From assembly GCA_963663995.1 (NCBI GenBank), contig OY760660.1, forward strand, positions 1,710,001 to 1,742,000: DNA of 32,000 nucleotides. The letters are read 5' to 3'. Position 1 is the stretch's first letter, and every line of letters begins with the position of its first letter. Shown piece by piece: positions 25,287 to 32,000 of this stretch. Position numbers and translations under genes: made by a program. Source of the stretch: Erysipelotrichaceae bacterium. GTDB taxonomy: Bacteria; Bacillota_I; Bacilli_A; Erysipelotrichales; Erysipelotrichaceae. The notes below the pieces were generated by a model. It was given only the letters and a program-made list of their open reading frames with translations, made no database searches and had not been told where the DNA came from.

Positions 25287-25288
25287 GT

Positions 25289-26041
25289 ATGCATGTAGAA
25301 TATCATGATTATTATAGCTATCGCTTAGGTCGAAATATGGCATTTAAGATTTATGGCCATGCTGGAAAACCAATCATAGTTTTCCCCTCTTCAGGAGGAC
25401 GTTTTTACGAGTATGAAGATTTTCAAATGATTGACTCTATTGCATGGTTTATTGATCAAGGATTAGTCAGAGTGTATACACCTGATTCAATAGATGCTGA
25501 AACATGGTTTTCAGATGACAAATGGGCTGGGGATAAAGCGCGTTATCATAATGCCTATGACCAATATATTGTCGAAGAATTTGTGCCTTATATTAGATTG
25601 CAAAGTGGATGGTCCTATCAAATGATCGTGACAGGTTGTTCAATGGGTGCCTATCATTCAGCTAATTTCTTTTTTAAACATCCAGATGTTTTTGACACAT
25701 TGATTGCTTTAAGTGGCATTTATGATGCAAGATTTTTTGTAGGCGACAATATTTCTGATACAGATGTTTATTTTAATTCTCCAGTGGATTATTTAAAAGA
25801 TTTAAATGATCCATATTATTTGGACAGAATTAAAGAAGGGAATATAATTGTATGTACAGGCCAAGGTGATTTTGAAGCTGATTCACTCAGAGATACACAG
25901 CATCTTCAATCGGTTTTGAATGAAAAAGGAATTCCGGCATGGATTGACTATTGGGGGCAAGACGTCAAACATGATTGGAAATGGTGGAAAATTCAAATGC
26001 CATATTATCTTGGTAAATTGAAAGAGTTAGGGAAACTATAG
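25289..26041 (+). CDS. Esterase-family alpha/beta hydrolase (putative-esterase / esterase D-like fold)
   Basis: 250 aa with nucleophile elbow GCSMGA. It starts 2 nt after the stop of ATP-grasp paralog 2. Confidence 0.7.
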   Translation: MHVEYHDYYSYRLGRNMAFKIYGHAGKPIIVFPSSGGRFYEYEDFQMIDSIAWFIDQGLVRVYTPDSIDAETWFSDDKWAGDKARYHNAYDQYIVEEFVPYIRLQSGWSYQMIVTGCSMGAYHSANFFFKHPDVFDTLIALSGIYDARFFVGDNISDTDVYFNSPVDYLKDLNDPYYLDRIKEGNIIVCTGQGDFEADSLRDTQHLQSVLNEKGIPAWIDYWGQDVKHDWKWWKIQMPYYLGKLKELGKL

Positions 26042-26042
26042 A

Positions 26043-27227
26043 ATGATTGATTATCCAGATTTTTTTGATCAAATTAATGATCGACACAACACCAACAGCA
26101 TGAAATGGGATGCTCATGACATGCTTAAGAAACCAAGTGACTCATATCCATTATGGGTGGCAGACATGGACTTTAAAGTCATGCCAGAAATCGTAGAAGC
26201 ATTACATAAAGAAGTTGATCTCTCGCTTTATGGCTATACTTTTGAAAGCGAAGAGTATACCAATTCTATTATCAATTGGTTAGATCGCCGACATAACTAT
26301 CACACTCAAAAAGAATGGATAACATCAACGCCTGGAGTCGTATCAGGATTAAATGCAGCCATACTTGCACTCACAAATGTTGGGGATCATATCCTTATTC
26401 AAGAACCGGTTTATTATCCTTTTAAACGCTCGATTTTAACAAACAAACGTGAAGTTACAATTAATGAACTAGTTTATAAAGATAACGAGTATTCTATCGA
26501 TTTTGTCGATTTTGAAAAACAAATTAAAGAGAATGATATAAAACTCTTTATTCTATGTTCACCACATAATCCTGTTGGGAAAGTTTTTACAGAGAATGAA
26601 CTTAGCCAAATGGTGGATATCTGTAAGAAATATGAAGTCATTATTGTTTCTGATGAAATCCATATGGACTTTGTATTTGCGCCAAATAAACATATTGTTA
26701 CGGCTGAACTTAGAAAAGATTATGCAGATCACATTATTACTTTATATGCAGCATCTAAAACATTTAACTTAGCTGGAATGAAAGTATCTCAGTTGATATC
26801 TTCAAATCTTGAAATGATAAAGAAAATTAAAGATACTTATATGATTTTAGGATTACATGGTGTCAATACAATGGGATTAATCGCATCAACAGCAGCATAT
26901 ACTTATGGTGATGCTTATGTTGATAACATTGTTTCCTATCTTGATACATCTATTAAGTGGCTACAAGATTACTTAAAAACTGAGTTGCCTCAAGTTAAAC
27001 TTGTTAATCCACAAGGGACATATATTCTTTGGTTAGATTTTAAAGCTTTGAATATGAAACAAGAAGACTTGGATCAATTCTGTTTAAATGAGGCAAAGAT
27101 GTGGCTAAATAACGGATCGCTTTTTGGTCAAGGGGGTGAAGGTTTTATGCGTATTAACATAGCCCTTCCTTTATCTGAACTTAAAAAAGTGATGAATAAT
27201 TTAAAGAAAGCGATTGATTCGCTTTAG
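26043..27227 (+). CDS. PLP-dependent class I/II aminotransferase-fold enzyme of the MalY/PatB (C-S lyase) type
   Basis: 394 aa with PLP-lysine motif AASKTFNLAGMK, plus NPHNPVGKVF-like SPHNPVGKVF and the RINIA tail typical of PatB/MalY. It starts 1 nt after the esterase stop. Confidence 0.8.
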   Translation: MIDYPDFFDQINDRHNTNSMKWDAHDMLKKPSDSYPLWVADMDFKVMPEIVEALHKEVDLSLYGYTFESEEYTNSIINWLDRRHNYHTQKEWITSTPGVVSGLNAAILALTNVGDHILIQEPVYYPFKRSILTNKREVTINELVYKDNEYSIDFVDFEKQIKENDIKLFILCSPHNPVGKVFTENELSQMVDICKKYEVIIVSDEIHMDFVFAPNKHIVTAELRKDYADHIITLYAASKTFNLAGMKVSQLISSNLEMIKKIKDTYMILGLHGVNTMGLIASTAAYTYGDAYVDNIVSYLDTSIKWLQDYLKTELPQVKLVNPQGTYILWLDFKALNMKQEDLDQFCLNEAKMWLNNGSLFGQGGEGFMRINIALPLSELKKVMNNLKKAIDSL

Positions 27228-27237
27228 GAGATTGTTT

Positions 27238-27786
27238 ATGAAAGTTGCGGCATTACTAGCAAATGGTTTTGAAGAAACTGAAGCGATATCAGTCATTGAT
27301 ATCTTAAGAAGAGCCAATATCACGGTTGATCTTGTCTCAATAAAAGATGAAGTGGTTGAAAGCTCCCATGGCATTAAACTTGTAGCTGATAAATTGTTTG
27401 AAGACATGAATCAATATGATGCTTTATTTTTACCAGGTGGACAGCCGGGAACCAATAATCTTAAAGCAGATACACGTGTTTTATCACTTGTTCAAGATTA
27501 TGTTTCACAAAATAAATGGGTCGTAGCTATCTGTGCCGCACCACTCGTTTTAGAAGAAGCAGGCGTGCTAAATCAAAAGGCTATTACTTCATATCCAATG
27601 GGTGATCCTAAAACAATCTTTCCAGATGCTCACTACAGTGAAGAGTTAGTTGTTAAGGATGGAAAGATAATCACTTCAAGAGGCGTTGGAACGGCTTTAT
27701 ACTTAGGATTTGCTTTTGTTGAAGCATTAGGTTTAGATAGTACACAACTTCAAAAAAGTACGCTATTCCAAGGCAAACTCAAATAA
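27238..27786 (+). CDS. DJ-1/PfpI family protein
   Basis: MKVAALLANGFEE start with AGGAG upstream and nucleophile-elbow Cys in VVAICAAP. The ATG at 27238 is preferred over the listed start at 27214, which overlaps the previous gene. Confidence 0.85.
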   Translation: MKVAALLANGFEETEAISVIDILRRANITVDLVSIKDEVVESSHGIKLVADKLFEDMNQYDALFLPGGQPGTNNLKADTRVLSLVQDYVSQNKWVVAICAAPLVLEEAGVLNQKAITSYPMGDPKTIFPDAHYSEELVVKDGKIITSRGVGTALYLGFAFVEALGLDSTQLQKSTLFQGKLK

Positions 27787-27813
27787 CAATAAACAAGTAA
27801 AACTTGTTTATAT

Positions 27814-27897
27814 GCACCAGTGGCGGAACTGGTATACGCTCACGTCTCAGAAGCGTGTGACTTTGTCGTACGGGTTCAAGTCCCGTCTGGTGCACCA
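27814..27897 (+). tRNA. tRNA-Leu (anticodon CAG), class II
   Basis: Anticodon stem CACGT/GCGTG, loop CTCAGAA, long variable arm, encoded CCA. The 5' 15 nt and 3' 31 nt are identical to tRNA-Leu(GAG) at 22672. Confidence 0.85.
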
Positions 27898-27920
27898 TAA
27901 TAATAAAAAGAGGCACAATT

Positions 27921-28691
27921 ATGTCAAAACAAGTTATCTATCAAATCTATGCAGAATTAAGTGATTACAAGTATGGATGTAGTAGAAGATTTCAAATAAA
28001 GGCAAATGATTCATTCGCAAAACTGGGATATGTGCTTATGACTTTGTTTGAAATGAAGGCTAGTCATCAATTTAGATTTATCTATGACGTAGAATCAAAT
28101 TTTATTCGTAATACAAATGAATTAATTCATAATGAAGTAAATCAAAAAGTTTTGAAGCGATTTAAAGAAGAACCTTTTCTTAAATTTTGCTTAATAGAAA
28201 TACCCAATAAATTCATACCACCAGCACCACACTATCAAAATATGGATGCGACAGTTATGGCAATAAAAGATGTGATGTTAGAAGCGAAAGAATTTATAGA
28301 TTTTGAGTATGACTTTGGCGATAGTTGGTATATTCATCTTATTCTTGAAGAAATCATAATTTCTGATACAAGCTATCTCCCTTCGAAAAACTATCCAAAT
28401 GTACTTTCAGGAAAAGGCTTTGGCATTATTGAAAATTGTGGTGGAGTGTGTGGACTTGAAAGTATATATCGAGCATTTGAAAGAAAATCTGGTAAGAAAT
28501 ATGAAGAATATGTCGATTGGTTAGCAACTGATCAAATAGATTTAAATGCATTTAATTTGGATGAAATGAATTCACGTATTAAAAAGATACCTAAAATATT
28601 TAAAAAGATATACGAAGAAGATTATCAATTAGCAGAAGCAGAGCTTAAATATATACTAAGAGAAACATTCAACAAAGATGTTTTGACATAG
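27921..28691 (+). CDS. pRiA4b ORF-3-like family protein
   Basis: 256 aa. The YQIYAEL...RRFQI N-terminus and the FEYDFGDSWYIHLILEEI block resemble the plasmid pRiA4b ORF-3 family (recalled motif YDFGD.W.H). Confidence 0.65.
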   Translation: MSKQVIYQIYAELSDYKYGCSRRFQIKANDSFAKLGYVLMTLFEMKASHQFRFIYDVESNFIRNTNELIHNEVNQKVLKRFKEEPFLKFCLIEIPNKFIPPAPHYQNMDATVMAIKDVMLEAKEFIDFEYDFGDSWYIHLILEEIIISDTSYLPSKNYPNVLSGKGFGIIENCGGVCGLESIYRAFERKSGKKYEEYVDWLATDQIDLNAFNLDEMNSRIKKIPKIFKKIYEEDYQLAEAELKYILRETFNKDVLT

Positions 28692-28710
28692 GTTTTCGGT
28701 ATGGTATAAT
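28683..28710 (+). promoter_or_regulatory. Sigma-A type promoter of the trp operon leader
   Basis: TTGACA (28683-28688), a 16-nt spacer and TGGTATAAT (TATAAT at 28705-28710). The -35 element abuts the stop codon of the previous gene. Confidence 0.7.
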
Positions 28711-28716
28711 GTGAAA

Positions 28717-28999
28717 AATAAATAAACCGTTGATACGGAGATAACGGTAAGTATGACTTTACAGAGAGCCCAGGGTGCTGCGATTTGGGTAAGACACAGT
28801 TTATCAAATGGACCGTAGAGGGTGCAGTGAAAAGCAATAGCCTAGTATTCTGCAACGTGAATGGCATACGTTAGTTGGCCAGGGATATGTTAGTATCCTG
28901 AAAGTGAGTGCATAAGTGTATACTTATGAATTCAAGGTGGCACCGCGTACACAAATATACGTCCTTGATAGAAGATTTTTCTGTCGAGGACGTTTTTTA
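28717..28999 (+). promoter_or_regulatory. T-box leader (tRNA-Trp responsive) with terminator/antiterminator
   Basis: Stem I AGAGAG...GGTGCTGCGA. Candidate specifier TGG at 28809-28811 followed by A. T-box sequence AAGGTGGCACCGCG at 28934-28947. Terminator ACGTCCTTGATAG/CTGTCGAGGACGT plus a T-run at 28959-28999. Confidence 0.85.
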
Positions 29000-29046
29000 T
29001 TTCTCTAGTACAGTTAAATCACAAGCACTTTAAAAGAGGTAAACTT

Positions 29047-30507
29047 ATGAAAATTGTTCCAAGTCTAGAAGAAGTTAGAAAGATATCAAATAAAGATTTT
29101 GATATCGTACCCTTAAGTTGTGAGATTTTATCTGATTTCACTACACCTTTAGAAGTATTAAAAATCCTAAAGAAAAAATCAAAACATGCCTTTTTGCTTG
29201 AGTCTGTGGCTGGTCAAGAGAAGTGGGGACGTTATACGTTTTTAGGTTATGATCCTAAGTTTGATTTGAATTGTGTAGATAATGTCATGACGATAAAAGA
29301 TGTATCTAGTTATACAGATAATCCATCACAAGTACTAAGAGATATCTTAGCTCAATATCGAAGTCCAAAATTTGATTACTTACCCTCATTTACAGGGGGC
29401 TTAGTTGGTTATTTCTCCTATGACTTTATCAATTATTCTGAACCAAGCGCTAAAGTAAAAGTGGATGACACAGAAGGTTTTAAAGATGTAGATTTAATGT
29501 TGTTTGATAAGGTTATAGCCTTTGATAACTTTAAACAAAAAATTATTCTCATTGTAAATATTCCTCTCAAGAATATCGAAGGTGAATATGCCAAAGCTAT
29601 TGAAAGTATTAAGGCATTCGTATCTTTACTTAAAAAGGGTCATAAGATTGAAGAAGAAAATGGCAAGCTTACAGGTGAAGTCACTGAACTCTTTAATAAG
29701 GAACAATTTTGTTCAATGGTTGAAAAAGCAAAACATTATATTCATGAAGGAGATATTTTCCAAATTGTCTTATCTAATAGACTAAGTGCTCCATTTATGG
29801 GAAGTTTACTCAATACTTATCGAATTTTAAGAACAATTAATCCTTCTCCATATATGTTCTATTTCTCAGGAACAGATGTAGAGGTAGCGGGTGCATCACC
29901 TGAAACTTTAGTTAAACTAGATCACAAAGATCTCTATACTTTTCCACTTGCAGGAACTCGTAAAAGAGGTAAAACTGAAGAAGAAGATATCGCGTTAGAA
30001 AAAGAACTCTTAGCTGATCCTAAGGAGATTGCTGAACATAATATGTTAGTTGATCTAGGGAGAAATGATTTAGGTAAGATTTCTGAATTTGGAACAGTAC
30101 ATGTCGAAACACTTCATTCTATTGAACGTTTCTCACATGTCATGCATATTGGATCAACTGTGAAAGGCAAAATTCGCGATGAATTTGATGCCTTAGATGC
30201 GATCAGTGCAGTCCTACCCGCAGGTACCTTATCAGGGGCTCCTAAGATTAGAGCTTGCCAACTTATTGGTGAATTAGAAAATAATAAACGTGGTATCTAT
30301 GGTGGAGCCATTGGCTATATCGATTTTGCAGGAAACATGGATACCTGTATAGCGATAAGAATTGCTTATAAGAAAAACAATACGGTTTTTGTTAGAAGTG
30401 GAGCAGGAATCGTAGCTGATTCTGTTCCTGAGAGTGAATACCAAGAATGTATTAATAAAGCACAAGCAGTCATCAATGCTTTAAAACAAGCAGAAGGAGT
30501 TGAGTAA
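29047..30507 (+). CDS. trpE: Anthranilate synthase component I
   Basis: 486 aa with chorismate-binding motifs ([19 protein letters not shown]). It is the first gene after the Trp T-box. Confidence 0.93.
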   Translation: MKIVPSLEEVRKISNKDFDIVPLSCEILSDFTTPLEVLKILKKKSKHAFLLESVAGQEKWGRYTFLGYDPKFDLNCVDNVMTIKDVSSYTDNPSQVLRDILAQYRSPKFDYLPSFTGGLVGYFSYDFINYSEPSAKVKVDDTEGFKDVDLMLFDKVIAFDNFKQKIILIVNIPLKNIEGEYAKAIESIKAFVSLLKKGHKIEEENGKLTGEVTELFNKEQFCSMVEKAKHYIHEGDIFQIVLSNRLSAPFMGSLLNTYRILRTINPSPYMFYFSGTDVEVAGASPETLVKLDHKDLYTFPLAGTRKRGKTEEEDIALEKELLADPKEIAEHNMLVDLGRNDLGKISEFGTVHVETLHSIERFSHVMHIGSTVKGKIRDEFDALDAISAVLPAGTLSGAPKIRACQLIGELENNKRGIYGGAIGYIDFAGNMDTCIAIRIAYKKNNTVFVRSGAGIVADSVPESEYQECINKAQAVINALKQAEGVE

Positions 30508-31088
30508 TGATACTTCTCATTGATAATTACGATAGTTTCTCCTACAACTTGTATCAATTAATTGGGGAAATTAATCCTGACATTAAAGTCATTCGAAATG
30601 ATGAGTTAACAGTTGAAGAAATTAAAGCTCTAAAACCTGATCATATTATTTTATCGCCAGGTCCTGGACGCCCTGAGGATGCTGGTGTGATTGAAGAGGT
30701 TGCATTAAGTTTAGGTAAAGAAATCCCAATTTTAGGCGTATGCTTGGGTCATCAAGCAATCTGTGATAGTTTTGGCGCAACCATAACTTATGCCGATAAG
30801 CTTATGCATGGTAAACAATCAAAAGTAAGTTTAGATACATGTTCAAAGTTATTTAAAGACTGTGAGAAAGTTACAGATGTAGCTCGCTACCATTCATTGG
30901 TCGTAGATCCACAAACTTTACCTGATTTCTTAAAAGTTACTTCTCTCACGGAAGAGGGTGTCATCATGGCAGTAGAACATAAAGATTATCCAATCTATGG
31001 TGTTCAATTTCATCCTGAATCCATTATGACCCCACAAGGTAAACTCATGTTGAAGAATTTTATCAATATTAAAGGAGCAAGCAAATGA
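30507..31088 (+). CDS. trpG: Anthranilate synthase component II (glutamine amidotransferase; TrpG/PabA type)
   Basis: 193 aa with GATase class I motifs ILGVCLGHQ and GVQFHPES. Its start overlaps the trpE stop (TAATG). Confidence 0.92.
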   Translation: MILLIDNYDSFSYNLYQLIGEINPDIKVIRNDELTVEEIKALKPDHIILSPGPGRPEDAGVIEEVALSLGKEIPILGVCLGHQAICDSFGATITYADKLMHGKQSKVSLDTCSKLFKDCEKVTDVARYHSLVVDPQTLPDFLKVTSLTEEGVIMAVEHKDYPIYGVQFHPESIMTPQGKLMLKNFINIKGASK

Positions 31089-32000
31089 TTAAAGAGGCGA
31101 TTATAAAAATAGTTAATAAAGAAGACTTAAGTTTTAAAGAAGCTTATACAGTTATGAACGAAATTATGAGTGGAGAAACAAGTGCTATTCAAAATGCTGC
31201 TTTTTTATCCGCATTATCTACAAAAAGTGCGAAAGCTGAAACCACAGATGAAATAGCGGGTTGCGCAACAGCGATGCGTGAACATGCGACGAAAGTAGAT
31301 GTTCCTTATGATGTTTTTGAAATTGTTGGGACAGGCGGAGATCACTCTAACAGTTTTAATATCTCAACGACATCCGCTCTTGTTGCTGCAGCAGGTGGCT
31401 TAAAAGTTGCGAAACACGGAAATCGTGCAGCTTCATCAAAGAGTGGTACAGCTGATTGCTTAGAAGCCCTTGGAGTAAACATTCAACAAGATGCTGAAAA
31501 GTGTGTAGAACTTTTAGATAAAGTGGGTATGTGTTTCTTCTTTGCTCAAAAATACCATACATCGATGAAACATGTTGGACCGATTCGTAAGGAATTGGGT
31601 ATTCGAACAGTATTTAATATCTTAGGACCACTCACTAATCCAGCTAGTCCTAAATACCAACTTTTAGGTGTTTATGATGAATACTTAGTTGAACCATTGG
31701 CTGAAGTTTTAATGGAACTCGGTGTTAAAAAGGGGATGGTTGTTCATGGCTTAGATAAGCTAGATGAAATTTCTTTATCAGCCCCAACTAAAATCTGTGA
31801 ATTTAAAGATGGCTTACATAAAACTTATATTATTCAACCAGAAGATTTTGGTTTTGAAAGATGTAGTAAAGATGATTTAGTTGGTGGAAGTCCTGCCGAA
31901 AACGCTCAAATCACTTTGGATATACTAAAAGGTGAAAAAGGTCATAAACGCAATGCAATTTTATTAAATGCAGGTGCAGCTTTATATATTGGTTCGAAAG
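31085..32000 (+). CDS. trpD: Anthranilate phosphoribosyltransferase (3' end cut by the window)
   Basis: Not in the ORF track because no stop falls within the window. ATGA overlap with trpG. The translation [21 protein letters not shown]...[22 protein letters not shown]...[12 protein letters not shown] carries the TrpD motifs. Confidence 0.9.
   Translation, partial: MIKEAIIKIVNKEDLSFKEAYTVMNEIMSGETSAIQNAAFLSALSTKSAKAETTDEIAGCATAMREHATKVDVPYDVFEIVGTGGDHSNSFNISTTSALVAAAGGLKVAKHGNRAASSKSGTADCLEALGVNIQQDAEKCVELLDKVGMCFFFAQKYHTSMKHVGPIRKELGIRTVFNILGPLTNPASPKYQLLGVYDEYLVEPLAEVLMELGVKKGMVVHGLDKLDEISLSAPTKICEFKDGLHKTYIIQPEDFGFERCSKDDLVGGSPAENAQITLDILKGEKGHKRNAILLNAGAALYIGSK

Noticed and set aside
321-31562. 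Many short antisense or out-of-frame ORFs nested inside well-supported genes. Examples: 321-566, 1337-1555, 1705-1887, 2264-2461, 6398-6691, 6922-7113, 8394-8660, 10358-10867, 11176-11367, 12584-12769, 13154-13528, 15822-16010, 17863-18090, 25000-25284, 26575-26772, 27201-27407, 29582-29785, 30274-30557 and 31356-31562.
   Set aside because: Each is fully embedded in a longer ORF with clear family motifs. None shows a recognisable motif or a ribosome-binding site.

Overview
This 32-kb window looks like chromosome from a low-GC Bacillota-type bacterium using the standard bacterial genetic code. TGA, TAA and TAG all end well-conserved genes at the expected lengths. Most of it is housekeeping or metabolic. 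It holds a 5'-truncated amylosucrase-like GH13 gene, gdhA, a cation:proton antiporter, a rhodanese lipoprotein, a TrxR-like/PDO-like redox pair, bioY, glmS with its ribozyme, an M20 amidohydrolase, and a Trp T-box leader ahead of trpE-trpG-trpD (cut by the window end). There are eight tRNA genes in four small clusters. All eight encode CCA and all have G or C at the wobble position. Four regions deserve attention. (1) A roughly 6.4-kb accessory island (about 3392-9800) lies between gdhA and the antiporter. It starts by truncating a small XRE-type regulator gene. It carries two head-to-head IS3-family elements, three orphan secreted or membrane protein genes, and four diverged direct copies of one promoter/palindromic-operator/leader module. 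(2) A tightly packed five-gene operon (22944-27786) encodes two paralogous ATP-grasp enzymes, an esterase-family hydrolase, a PatB/MalY-type PLP enzyme and a DJ-1/PfpI protein. Two tRNA-Leu genes in direct orientation bracket it. I cannot assign it to a named pathway. (3) An IS200/RayT-like protein lacks the HUH motif and appears co-transcribed with the rhodanese gene. (4) A transglutaminase-like lipoprotein gene is interrupted by a single in-frame TAG. No CRISPR array, rRNA gene or recognisable defence or secretion machinery was seen. All calls rest on reading the sequence and on recalled family motifs; no searches were run.
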